Shown piece by piece: positions 22,677 through 34,611 of a DNA stretch of 37,809 nt. The stretch's first letter is position 1, and every line of letters starts with the position of its first letter. The notes below the pieces were generated by a model. The model did not search any database, was not told where the DNA came from, and saw only the letters and a list, made by a program, of their open reading frames with translations. The DNA comes from Somniosus microcephalus. Lineage: Eukaryota. The translations under genes were made by a program, and so were the position numbers. The stretch spans positions 10,070,192 through 10,108,000 of the forward strand of contig CM126211.1 of the NCBI GenBank assembly GCA_052327205.1, read 5' to 3'.

Positions 22677-24628
22677 ATTGCTAAATAAATAAATGGAATT
22701 AAAAAAATTCTTTTAGGGCTTTTAAAAGTCTTTAAATTGCTTTAATTCTCTTTAAAACTACTTCAGATTACTCAAAATAATGTAAACATTTAAAAAAGTT
22801 TATAAAAGTTACCAAAATCTTCAAAAAACTTCCAAAAACCTATTTAAACTGCTGCTTTGCATGTAAAAATCCTTAGCAGCTTGACAGAAACATTGGGGGC
22901 GTGTCCAGTGAAACTGAGACCTCAAGGGGCGTGTCTCACTTACACTGCACGCTCCTGGCTTCGCGCTGGCTGCACTCCTGGGCGGCGTGACGTCATACGC
23001 TGCCCGGGATTCTTCTTTTTCATTCACCAAGTCCAGGCGTCCCTGGAGCTGATCGTCAGTAGCGCGGGGTAAGTGTAAATACGGGGCTTGCACGCGCTGC
23101 AAGCCCCGTTCTGGAATTTCTGGGCCAAGAAGTAGGAGCAGGAGTAGACCATACTGCCCCTCGGGCCTGCTCCACCATTCAATAGGATCATGGCTGATCC
23201 GAATCTAGACTCACATCCACTTCCCTGCCCTCTCCCCGTAACCCCTAATTCCCTTATCTGCTAGGAAACTGTCTATCTCCATTTTAAATGTATTTAATGT
23301 TGCAGCTTCCACAGCTCTCTGGGGTAGCAAATTCCATAGATTTACTACCCTCTGAGTGAAGAAGTTTCTCCTCATCTCAGTTTTGAAAGGGCAGCCCCTT
23401 ATTCTAAGATTATGCCCCCTAGTTCTAATCTCACCCATCAGTGGAAACATCCTCACCGCATCCACCCGATCAAGCCCCCTCACAATCTTATATGTTTCGA
23501 TAAGATCGCCTCTCATTCTTCTGAACTCCAATGAGTAGAGTCCCAACCTACTCAACCTTTCCTCATACGTCAACCCCCTCATCTCTGGAATCAACCGAGT
23601 GAACCTTCTCTGAACCGCCTCGAGAGCAAGTATATCTTTTCTTAAATATAGAAACCAAAACTGCACGCAGTATTCCAGGTGTGGCCTCACCAATACCCTG
23701 TATAACTGCAGCAAGACTTCCCTGTTTTTATACTTCATCCCCCTTGCAATAAAAGCCAAGATTCCATTGGCCTTCCTGATCACCTGCTGCACCTGCATAC
23801 TAACTTTTTGTGTTTCATGCACCAGGACCCCCAGATCCCTTTGTACTGTAGCACTTTGCAGTTTCTCTCCATTTAGATAATAACTTGCTCTTTGATTTTT
23901 TCTGCCAAAGTGCATAACCTCACACTTTCCAACATTATATTGCATCTGCCAAATCTCTGCCCACTCACTTAGCCTGTCTATGTCCTTTTGCAGGTTTTTT
24001 ATGTCCTCCTCACTCACTGCTTTCCCTCCCATCTTTGTATCATCGGCAAACTTGGATATGTTGCACTCGGTCCCTTCCTCCAAATCGTTAATATAGATTG
24101 TAAAGAGTTGGTAGAGCGATAGTTAGCAGCAACAGGTAACTTTACCAAGGTTAATATATGAAAGTGGCAGCATCTTAGATTTAAGTCAGTCAAACTTGTA
24201 AATATAAAATTTTAATACTGGAACCCACATGAGGAGTCACAATCAACAGAACCACAAGACCACTCGGCTCCCGCCCTCATTGCAGCCTTGGTCCAAACAT
24301 GGACAAAGGAGCTGAATTCCAGAGGTGAGGTGAGAGTGACGGCCTTTGTCATCAAGCATTTGACCAAGTGTGGCATCAAGGAGCCCCAGTAAAACTGAAG
24401 TCAATAGGGATCGGTGGGGAAAACGCTGGAGTCATACCTAGCACAAAGAAAGATGGTTGTGGTGGTTGAAGGTCAATCATCACAGCCCCAGGACATCACT
24501 GCAGGAGTTCTTCAGGGCAGTGTCCTAGGCACAACCATCTTCAGCTGCTTCATCAATGACCTTCCCTACAACATAAGGTCATAAGTGGGGATGTTTGCTG
24601 ATGACTGCACAGTGTTCAGCGCCATTCA

Positions 24629-26335
24629 CATAAGAACGTAAGAAATAGGAGCAGGAGTAGGCCATTCAGCCCTTACAGCCTGCTCCGCCATTCAATGAGA
24701 TCATGGCTGATCTTCTGCCTCAACTCCATTCACCGGCCCTATCGCCATATCCCTTGATGCCCTTACTAGTCAGAAATCTATCGACTTCTGTTTTGAATAT
24801 ATCCAATGACTGAGCCTCCACAGCCCTCTGGGGTAGAGAATTCCAAAGATTCACCACCCTCTCATCTCAGCCCTGAATGGCCTACCCTTTATCCTGAGGC
24901 TGTGGCCCCTGGTTCTAGACACCCAGCCAAGGGACACATTCTCCCAGCATCCACCTTATCAAGCACTGTAATAATTTTGTACGCTTCAATGAGATCCCCT
25001 CTCATTCTTCTGAATTCAACAGAATACAGGCCTAGTTTGCTCAATCTCTTTTCATATGATAGTCCCGCCATCCCAGGAATCAATCTCGTCAACCTTCGTT
25101 GCACACCCTCTATGGCAAGTATATCTTTCCTTAGGTAAGGAGACCAAAATTGTACACAGTACTCCAGGTGTGGCCTCACCAAGGCCCTATATAATTGGAG
25201 TAAGACTTCTTTACTCCTGTACTCAAATCCTCTTGTAATGAAGGCCAGCGTACCATTTGCCTTCCTAATGGCTTGCTGCACCTGCACATTCACTTTCAGT
25301 GACTCATGTACAAGGACACCCAGGTCCCTTTGAGCATCTGCATTCCCCGATCTTTCACCATTTAGGAAATACTCTGCCTTTCTGTTTTTTCTACCAAAGT
25401 GGATAACTTCACATTTACCCACATTATATTCCATCCGCCATGTTCTTGCCCACCCACTGAGCCTGTCGAGATCCCCTTGAAGCCTCTTCACATCCTCTTC
25501 ACAACTGACACCTAGCTTTGTATCATCAGCAAATTTGGAAATATTACATTTAGTCCCCTCATCCAAAGCATTGATATAGATTGTGAATAGCTTGGGCCCA
25601 AGCACCGATCCTTGAGGTACCCCACAGCCTGCCATCCTGAAAAAGACCCATTTATCCCTACTCTTTGTTTTCTGTCTGTTTACCAATTCTCAATCCATGC
25701 TACAGGAAACTTTCGATTTACCGGCACCTAAATAACCGGAAATCTTGGTTAACCGGCAAAATTCAGGAGTAGGTTCAGGTAAGTTTTATTACTTGCCTTC
25801 CTCGATCTGTTGCTATGCAAGGGTGTGGCTGCAGCTGTTGCTAAGCTACAGAGACGCTTGGAACTTGTGGTCTTGTTCTGAACCTGTTGCTAAGCAACAG
25901 GGTTTGTTGCTTTATACGGAGCTCTCAGCTCCGTATCTTTTACTATAGCTTTCGGTTATCCGGAATTTTTGATGAACCGGCACCACGTCGGTCCCGTCGG
26001 TGCCGGATAAAAAAAAGTTTCCTGTAGTATATTACCTCCAATTCCATGTGCCCTAATTTTGTTCACCAACCTCTTGTGAAGGCCTTCTGAAAATCCAAAT
26101 ACACCACATCTACCGGTTCCCCTTTGTCTACTCCACTAGTTACATCCTGAAAGAACTCCAATAAGTTTGTCAAACAGGATTTCCCTTTCATAACTCCATG
26201 TTGACTCTGCCCAATCTTACTATTAGTTTCTAAGTGGCCAGTTATTGCATCCTTTATAACAGATTCCAGCCTTTTCCCAACTACTGATGTGAGGCTAACA
26301 GGTCTGTAGTTCCGTTTTCTCTCTCCCTCCTTACA
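24629..26335 (-). mobile_element. CR1 LINE, 5'-truncated, nested antisense
   Basis: ORF 24889-25686(-) with [14 protein letters not shown] and RPHLEYC; upstream RT part at 26027-26335; cataagaacgtaagaa tail. Confidence 0.92.
25703..26024. mobile_element. pogo/Tigger-like MITE
   Basis: TA|caggaaactttcgatttaccggcac ... gtgccggataaaaaaaagtttcctg|TA; excision restores the CR1 sequence ccatgcTAgtatattacc. Confidence 0.88.
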
Positions 26336-26674
26336 TTTGCTATCCTCAGATAACGAAGCAGTTCATGCCCGCATGCAACAAGACCTGGATGACGTTCAGG
26401 CTTGGGCTGATAAATGGCAGGTAACATTTGCATCACACAAGTGCCAGGCAATGACTATCTCCAACAAGTGCGAGTCTAACCACCTCCCCTTGACATTCAA
26501 CGGCATTACCATCGCTGAACCCCCCACCATCAGCATCCAGGGGGTCACCACTGACCAGAAACTTAACTGGATCAGACACATAAATACTGTGGCAACAAGA
26601 GCAGGTCAGAGGCTGGGTATTCTGCAGCGAGTGTCTCACCTCCTGACTCCCCAAAGTCTTTCCACCATCTGCAA

Positions 26675-26837
26675 ATGTAAGAAATCACACAACACCAGAT
26701 TATAGTCCAACAGCTTTATTTGAAATCACAAGCTTTCGGAGCGCTGCTCCTTCGTCAGGTGACCTGGTGGAGTAACCTGGTGTTGTGTGATTTCTTACAT
26801 TTGTCCACCCCAGTCCAACACCGGCATCTCCACACCA
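26675..26837. mobile_element. Penelope-like inverted mini-insertion, second family
   Basis: Inverted arms aatgtaagaaatcacacaacaccag / ctggtgttgtgtgatttcttacatt, one with an extension of about 35 nt; 12-bp TSD caccatctgcaa / caccatctacaa. Confidence 0.8.
26725..26763 (-). ncRNA. Minimal type I hammerhead ribozyme motif
   Basis: GUCAC CUGACGA A GGAGC AGC GCUCC GAAA GCUU GUGAU: stems I and II intact, palindromic AGCU stem III. Confidence 0.78.
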
Positions 26838-28161
26838 CACCATCTACAAGGCACAAGTCAGGAGTGTGATAGAATACTCTCCACTTGCCTGGATGAGTGC
26901 AGCTCCAACAACACTCAAGAAGCTCGACTCGATCCAAGACAAAGCAGCCCGCTTGATCGGCACCCCATCCACCACCTTAAACATTCACTCCCTCCATCAC
27001 CGGCGTACCGTGGCTGCAGCGTGTACCATCTACAAGATGCACTGCAGCAGCTCACCAAGGCTTCTTCGGCAGCACCTCCCAAACCCGCAAACTCTTCCAC
27101 CTAGAAGGACAAGGGCAGCAGGTGCATGGGAACACCACCACCTCCAAGCTCCCCTCCAAGTCACACACTATCCTGTCTTAGAAGTATATCGCCGATCCTT
27201 CATCGTCGCTGGGTCAAAATCCTGGAACTCCCTCCCTAACAGCAGTGTGGGAGTACCTTCACCACACGGACTGCAGCGGTTCAAGAAGGCGGCTCACCAC
27301 CACCTTCTCAAGGGCAATTAGGGATGGGCAATAAATGCTGGCCTTGCTAGTGACGCCCACATCCCATAAAACAAATTTGAATAAAGCATAGCCGAAACCT
27401 CTGTCACTCATCGGTACATAGAATTACATAGAATCTTAGAGCATAAATAGGCCATCGGCCCAAATGGCCCATGCTCCACACGAACCTCATCCCACCCCTA
27501 GTCATCTAACGCTATCAGCATAACCTTCTATTCCTTTCTCCCTCATGTGCTTATCTAGCTTCCCCTTAAATGTATCTATGCGATTCGCCTCAACCACTCC
27601 CTGTGGTAGCGAGTTCCACATTCTCACCACCCTCTGGGTAAAGAAGTTTCTCCTGAATTCCCCATTGGATTTGTTAGTGACAATCCTTGTTTTGGTCTCC
27701 TCCACAAGTGGAAACATCTTCTCTACATCTACCTTATCGAAACCATTCATAATCTTAAAGACTTCTATCGGGTCACCCCTCAGCCTTCTCTTTTCTAGAA
27801 AGGAAGTGTCTCCAGCTGCAGCTACTTGAAATCCGCGTTTCGGAGCTGGAGCTGCGGCTGGAGTCACTGTGGAGCATCTGTGAAGCTGAGATCTTCGTGG
27901 ATAGCACGTTTAACAAGGTGGTCACACCGTAGGTAAAGAGTGCACAGGCAGACAGGAAATGGGTGACCACCAGACAGAGTAAAAGAACTAGGTAGGTAGT
28001 GCAGGAGTCCCCTGGGTTCATCTCCCTCTCCAACAGATTTTCCGTTTTGGATACTGCTGGGGGGAGATGGTTTCTCAGGGGAATGCAGCAAGAGCCAAGT
28101 CCGTGGCACTACGAGTGGCTCAGCTGCACAGGAGGGGAGGAAAAAGAGTGAGAGAGCAATA

Positions 28162-28674
28162 GTGATAGGGGATTCTATCATAAGGGGAACAGATAGACGT
28201 TTCTGTGGCTGCAGACGTGACTCCAGGATGGTATGTTGCCCCCCTGGTGCCAGGGTCAAGGATGTCACTAAACGGCTGCAGGGCATTCTGAAGGGGGAGG
28301 GCGAACAGTCAGAGGTCGTGGTTCACATTGGTACCAACGACATTGGTAGAAAGAGGGATGAGGTCCTGCAACAAGAATTTAGGGAGCTAGGTAGCAGATT
28401 AAAATGCAGGACCTCAAAGGTTGTAATCTCTGGATTACTCCCGGTGCCACGTGCTGGTGAGTATAGGAATAGGAGGATAGAGCAGATGAATGCGTGGCTG
28501 AAGAGTTGGTGCAGGAGGGAGGGCTTTAGTTTCCTGGATCACTGGGTCTGTTTCTGGGGAAGGTGGGACCTGTACAAGTCGGACGGGTTGCACCTGAACC
28601 GGAACGGGACCAACATCCTTGCGGGGAGGTTTGCTAGTACTGTTGGGGGGGGGGGGGGGGGGGGTTTAAACTAA
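28162..28674 (+). pseudogene. CR1 ORF1 SGNH esterase domain
   Basis: SGNH blocks GDS, PGA, HIGTND and DGLH are present; the upstream part of ORF1 has in-frame stops. Confidence 0.88.
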
Positions 28675-30396
28675 CTTGGCAGGGGGATGGGATACGGAGT
28701 GGAGCTATAGTAGGGGTAGATGCACAGCCAAATATAGAGGAAAAAACAAGTCAGCCTGGAAGGCAGAGCAAATATGTAACGGCACAAGGGAGTATAGCAA
28801 GGCTGGATGGCATTTATTTTAATGCAAGGAGTCTTGCGAGTAAGGCAGATGAATTGAAGGTGTTGATGAACACATGGGAGTATGATATTGTTGCTATCAC
28901 AGAGACATGGTTGAGGGAGGGGCAGGACTGGCAACTCAATATTCTGGGGTATAGAATCTTCAGGCGAGACAGAGGGAGGTGTAAAAGAGGAGGGGGGTAT
29001 CGCAATATTAATCAAGGAGTCAATTACTGCTGTAAGGAGGGATGATATCTTAGCAGGTTCCTCTAATGAGGCCATATAGGTACAACTTAAAAACAAAAAG
29101 GGGGCAAGCACTTGCTGGGAGTGTACTATAGGCCCCCAAACAGTCAGGGGGAGATAGAGGAACAGATGTGTCGGCAAAACTCAGAGAAGTGTTGAAATAA
29201 TAGGGTAATAATAGTAGGGGATTTCAACTTCCCCAATATTAACTGGGATAGTCAGAGTGTGAAATGCTTAGAGGGTGCAGAATTCTTAAAGTGCATCCAG
29301 GAGAGCTTTTTGAGCCAGCATGTAGAAAGTCCTACAAGAGAGGGGGAGGTACTGGACCTAATTCTAGGGAATGTAGCCGGGCAAGTGGTAGAAGTGTCAG
29401 TAGGAGAGCATTTTGGTGACAGTGACCATAATTCGGTGAGATTTAAGGTAGTCGTGGAAAAGGACAAAGATGGACCGGAAATAAAGGTTCTAAATTGGGG
29501 GAAGGCCGATTTTAATACGATAAGGCAGGATCTGGGATCAGCTACTTGTAGGAAAATCCACATCAGAGCAGTGGGAGTCTTTCAGAAAGGAAATAGAGAG
29601 AGTACAACGCCAACATGTTCCCATAAAGGTCAAGGGTGGGACCAACAAGCCCAGGGAACCCTGGATGTCAAGGGATATACAAGAATGGATTAGGGAAAAA
29701 AGGGAGGCTTTTGGCAGATACAAAGGATTAAAAACAGTGGAAGCCCTAGAGGAGTATAGAAAGTGCAGGGGGGTACTTAAAAAATAAATTAGGAGAACGA
29801 AGAGGGGGCATGAAAAAACACTGGCGGGCAAAATAAAGGAAAATCCCAAGGTGTTTTATAAGTATATTAAGGGCAAGAGGATAACCAAGGAAAGAGTAGG
29901 GCCCATTAGGGACCAAAGTGGCAATCTGTGTGTAGAGCCGGAAGATGTAGGTGAGGTTTTAAATGAATATTTTGTGTCTGTGTTCACTATGGAGAAGGAC
30001 GATGTAGGCATAGAAATCAGGCAGGAGGATTGTGATATACTTGAATTAGTATTGAGAGGGAGGAGGTACTAGCGGTTTTAGCGGGCTTAAAAGTGGATAA
30101 ATCCCCAGGCCCAGACAAGACGTATCCCAGGCTGCTGTGTGAGGCAAGGGAGGAAATTGCAGGGGCTCTGACACAAATTTTCAGAACCTCTCTGGCCACA
30201 GCGGAGGTGCCAGAGGACTGGAGGACAGCTAATGTAGCACCATTATTCAAGAAGGGCAGTAGTGGTCTACATGGACTTCAATAAGGCTTTTGACAAAGTC
30301 CTGCATGGGAGACTGGTCAAGAAGGTAAGAGCCCATGGGATCCAGGGCAATTTGGCACATTGGATCCAAAATTAGCTTAGTGGCAGGAGGCAGAGG

Positions 30397-31371
30397 GTGA
30401 TGGTCGAAGGTTGTTTTTGTGACTGGAAACCTGTGTCCAGTGGTGTACAGCAGGGATCGGTGCTGGGTTCTTTGCTGTTTGTAGTGTACATTAATGATTT
30501 AGATATGAATGTAGGAGGTATGATCAGTAAGTTCGCAGATGACACGAAAATTGGTGGAGTGGTAAATAGCGAGGAGGGAAGCCTCAGGCTACAGGACGAT
30601 ATAGATGGGTTGGTTAGACGGGCAGAACAGTGGCAAATGGAATTTAACCCTGAAAAGTGTGAGGTGATGCATTTTGGGAGGACTAACAAGGCAAGGGAAT
30701 ACACAATGAATGGTAGGACCCTAGGAAGGACAAAGGATCAGAGGGACCTTGGTGTGCATGTACATAGATCCCTGAAGGCAGCAGGACAGGTAGATAAGGT
30801 GGTTAAAAAGGCATATGGGATACTTGCCTTCATTAGCCGAGGCATAGAATATAAGAGCAGGGAGGCTGTGATGGAGCTGTACAAAATGCTAGTTAGGCCA
30901 CAGCTGAAATACTGTGTGCAGTTCTGGTCGCCACACTATAGGAAGGATGTGATTGCATTGGAGAGGGTGCAGAGGAGATTCACCAGGATGTTACCTGGGC
31001 TGGAGCACTTCAGCTATGAAGAGAGACTGGACAGGCTGGGGTTGTTTTCCTTAGAGCAGAGAAGGCTGAGGGGGGACCTGATTGAGGTGTACAAAATTAC
31101 GAGGGGTATAGATAGGGTAGATAGAAAGGAACTGTTCCCCTTAGTAGAGGGGTCAATAACCAGGGGGCATAGTTTCAAGGTAAGGGGCAGGAGGTTTAGA
31201 GGGGATTTAAGGAAAAACGTTTTCACCCAGAGGGTGGTTGGAATCTGGAACTCACTGCTGGAAAGGGTGGTAGAGGCAGGAACACTCACAACATTCAAGA
31301 AGCATTTAGATGAGCACTTGAAACGCCATAGCATACAAGGCTACGGACCAAGTGCTGGAAAATGGGATTAG
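30397..31371 (+). pseudogene. CR1 ORF2 reverse transcriptase C-terminal part
   Basis: GVQQGSVLG, YINDL, KFADD, RPQLKYCVQFWSP, WNSL; the upstream ORF2 is frameshifted and lacks the segment between FKKG and VYMDF. Confidence 0.9.
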
Positions 31372-31998
31372 AATAGACAGGGCTTGATGGCCGGCGCAGA
31401 CACGATGGGCCAAAGGGCCTCTTTCTGTGCTGTATGACTCTATGATCTAAATAGGCTTCAGCCTGGTTGATCTTTCCTGACAGTTATAACCTCTCAGTTC
31501 TGGTATCGTCCTTATAAATCTTTTTTTGCACCTTCTCCAGTGCCTCGATATCCTTTTTATAATATGGAGACCAGAATTGGGCGCTGTACTCCAAGTGTGG
31601 TCTAACCAAGGTTCTATACAAGTTTAACATCACTTCTCTGCTTTTCAATTCTATCCCTCTGGAAATGAACCCTAGGGTTTTTTTATGGCCTTACTTATTA
31701 AATGTTTCTAGTATATTGTAATGAATATTATTTGGGTGATAATTGATTCAACTGTTGTAAAGTTATGATGATGGCTAAAAATAGAATAACAAAATACCAT
31801 AGTTAGTTATTCTGGATTCCACAAATCATGCTCAATGTCATCAAAGAGCAAGGCTCTGATGGGCATAATGCTGATCAAAAAACAGCTGCACAGTAACACT
31901 CAAAATCCTTAGTCTGAACATCAGATTATTCCTTTTTCAAATGAACTTCTCACGATACGATGAATTGCATTTATTCTTGAACCAACATAAAATAATGC

Positions 31999-32181
31999 CA
32001 AAAGCAAAATACCGCAAATGCTGGAAATCCGAAATAAAAACAGGAAATGCTGGAAACACTCGGCGGGTCAGGCAGCATCTGTGTTCTGATGAAAGGTCAT
32101 TGACCTGAAACATTCACTCTTGTTTCACTCTCTCCACAGGTGCCGCCTGACCCGCTGAGTGTTTTCCAGCACTGTCTGTTT
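31999..32181. mobile_element. Penelope-like inverted mini-insertion with a mutated hammerhead
   Basis: Minus arm with a 3' extension, then a plus arm starting ttCTGATGAaaggtcattgacctGAAAcatt; perfect 12-bp TSD ataaaataatgc (31987-31998 and 32182-32193). Confidence 0.85.
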
Positions 32182-32302
32182 ATAAAATAATGCTACTTGG
32201 AAACTGCAAGTAGACCTCTGGATCACTTTTAGAAGAACCTATCCAAATATGCTCAATATTGAAGGTAGGTAATAAAATCAGGAAATTATGATGTAAAAAG
32301 AA

Positions 32303-32683
32303 TGAATTGCATTTCTATAGTGCCTTTCACAATTTCAGGATGTCCCAAAGCGCTTTACAGCCAGTGTAGTCACCATTGTAATGTAGGGAATGCAGCAGCC
32401 ACTTTGCGTACAGCAAACAGCAATGTGATAATGACCAGATAGTCTGTTTTTACTGATGTTGATTGCGGGATAAATATTGGCCAGGACACCGGGGAGAACG
32501 CCCCTGTTCTCCTTCGAAATAGTGGCCGTGGGATTTTTTGCGTCCACTCGAGAGTGAGAGAGTGAGAGCGAGCGAGCGGGAGCAGACGGGGCCTTGGTTT
32601 AATGACTCATTCGAAAGACGGCACCTCAGCAGTGCAGCACTCCCTCAGCACTGCACTGGGAGTGTCGGCCTAGATTTTTGTGG
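32303..32683 (-). mobile_element. Deu-domain SINE lacking its head
   Basis: Colinear with 6525-6968, with an internal GA-rich expansion. Confidence 0.8.
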
Positions 32684-32751
32684 CTAAAGGTGCTGGTGAA
32701 ATTCCAGCATCAGACTTTTTCTTTAAATTATTTTTCTAACGTGTAATAATT

Positions 32752-33955
32752 ACATAGATTTCACAGCACAGACACAGGCCATTCGGCCCAACTGGTGTTT
32801 GTGCTCCACACCAGCCTCCTCTCACCCTACTTCATCTCACCCTATCAGAATATCCTTCTATTCTTTTCTCCATCATGTACCTTCCCTTTCACTGCATCTT
32901 TGCTATTCACCTCAACCACTCCATGTTGTAGCGAGTTCCACATTCTCACCACTCTCTGGGTAAAAAAGTTTCTCCTGAATTCTCTATTGGATTTATTAGT
33001 GACAATCTTATATTGATGGTACCTAGTTTTGGTCTCCCCCCACAAGTGGTAATGGCTTCACCAAGTCTACCCTGTCAAACCCCTTCCTAGTTTTAAAGAC
33101 ATCTATCAGGTCACCCCTCTAGAAAAGAGCCCAAGCCTGTATCATCCTTGTGAATCTTTCCTGCACCTTCTCCAGTGCCTCTATATCCTTTTTGTAATAT
33201 AGAGACCAGAACTGAGCTAACCAAGGTTCTATGGGGGAGAAATTGGGTGAGTAGCGCCACCTGTTAGCGCCTAAAGAGGCAGTAAGTGGCTGTAGCGCCA
33301 CTGGCTGCGTCTGCGGCGATATTCAGTAGGGGCGCTAATGGTGGCGTTAGGCATTTGCGCTGCGCCGCCACCGATGACGTCATCGGTGTGCGCAGCGCCC
33401 CAATCGTGCCCCGTTCGCGATATTTGGTAGCGAACGCCGCAGTTGCGCCGCTCGCTACACACGCCCGGTTCACGGGGCCTTACTGTGCCGGCAGCGGCGC
33501 AAGTTAAGGTGGAGGTGCGGGGCGGCCGTTTTTTCGGCGGCCGCCTGCCAGCACCTCCGTCCCCGGCCTCCTAACCCCCCCCCCCACGGCATTGCCGGCT
33601 GTTTCCCGAGAGCCCGGCACTTCTCCTTGGTGCCGGGCTCATTTGCCGGCACTCGCGATCGGGGCTTGCGCTGTTGCAGGCACCTCCCCCTTAACAGTGG
33701 GAGGAAGGCCTGCAGTACCGCAGCGTGCCGTGCCGCAGCATGTGGCGCTGCGGCACGTTGCGCTGCGATAATCAGTTTCAGCGCCCTAAGAGGGACGCGG
33801 AGCGCCTCGAGCCTCGCCCCGTGTCCCTCGAGCGGCACTGAAACTGAATTTCTGGCGATCGGTATCACTCCGATCGCTGCGCTAAATCCTGCGCTCAGGC
33901 GACTTTTGCGCCACTTTGGCGCCCCAACCCAATTTCTAGGCCTATATGTTTAACT
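32752..33955 (-). mobile_element. CR1 3' fragment split by a MITE
   Basis: FRRNFFTQRVVRMWNSL and DIEALEKVQERF remnants; ccaaggttcTAT|..gtttaac is interrupted at 33233. Confidence 0.85.
33233..33942. mobile_element. CpG-rich PIF/Harbinger-like MITE
   Basis: TIRs gggggagaaattgggt / acccaatttctaggcc with TSD TAT on both sides. Confidence 0.8.
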
Positions 33956-34611
33956 TATAATAATTATAAAGCAAAATGCAGTTTGATTAGTAACTCAACA
34001 TTTTATATATTATTAAAACAGAGTCAATGATGCCATGGTGATGCAGAACAGCAAGTCAGCCATTGAATTTGTTTTATTAACGTAAGTGAGTGCACGGTAC
34101 CATGATGTGGTGGGATACTGGCTCATGCCGAAAATCATCCCCCATTAAACATTCACTGCTACCACTGTGTGTCCTCTCCACAAGCTGCACTTCAGCAACT
34201 CGCCAAGGCTTATTCAGCAGCAATTTCCAAACCTGCAACCTCCACCACCTACGAACATACGAATTAGGAGCAGGAGTCGGCCACTCGGCCCTTCAAACCT
34301 GCTCCGCCATTCAATAAGATCATGGCTGATCCAGTTACTCCACATTCCCACCTACCCCCGATAACTTTTCACCCCCTTGCTTACCAAGAATCTATCTACC
34401 TCTGCCTTAAAAATATTCAAAGACTCTGCTTCCACCGCCCTCTGAGGAAGAGAGTTCCAAAGACTCACGACCCTCTGTGAGAAAAAATTTCTCATCTCTG
34501 TCTTAAATGGGCGACCCCTTATTTTTAAACAGTGACCCCTAGTTCTAGATTCTCCCACAAGAGGAAACATCCTCTCCACATCCACCCTGTCCAGATCCCT
34601 CAGGATCTTAT

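Larger units (their letters stand above)
20841..23126. mobile_element. Composite PIF/Harbinger-like non-autonomous element
   Basis: Ends aggccagaaattc / gaatttctgggcc with a perfect 3-bp TSD AAG (20838-20840 and 23127-23129); removing it restores the CR1 tail. Confidence 0.8.
20827..24110 (-). mobile_element. CR1 LINE, 5'-truncated, tail split by a 2.3-kb DNA element
   Basis: ORF 23211-24083(-) of 290 aa with KFADD, RPHLEYCVQFW and VVNLWNLLP; tail cataagaacataag|aagtaggagcagg is split at 20840/23127. Confidence 0.92.
24255..27375 (+). mobile_element. Second CR1-clade family, ORF2 RT pseudogene with nested insertions
   Basis: AFDQVWHQG, GVLQGSVLG and GMFADD (24350-24610); resumes at 26336 with DLDDVQAWADKWQVTF and EYSPLAW, ending HHHLLKGN*. 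Confidence 0.88.
27800..31445 (+). mobile_element. Near full-length CR1 LINE (ORF1 zipper plus esterase, ORF2 APE-RT), decayed
   Basis: Starts inside ORF1 (RKCLQLQLLEIRVSELELRLESL); endonuclease motifs FNARSL, AITETWL, GDFN, LDLIL, SDHN; RT motifs; tatgactctatga tail; degenerate TSD tctagaaagg / tctaaatagg. Confidence 0.92.
27415..31700 (-). mobile_element. CR1 3' fragment split by a near-full-length CR1
   Basis: LEKRRLRGDPIEVFK..WNSLP in 27415-27800, continuing at 31447-31700 (VRPHLEYS, LEKVQK). Confidence 0.85.

Noticed and set aside
21811-22692. Paired short ORFs in the fold-back arms (..GWFKDGYGHGMSVNHGHKSFHHF..)
   Set aside because: They are duplicated only because the DNA is palindromic; no recognisable domain, and the poly-G/C tract differs in length between arms.
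33264-33953. GC-rich ORFs and a possible gene CpG-island promoter
   Set aside because: They lie essentially within a TIR- and TSD-bounded MITE; the ORFs reflect GC content.
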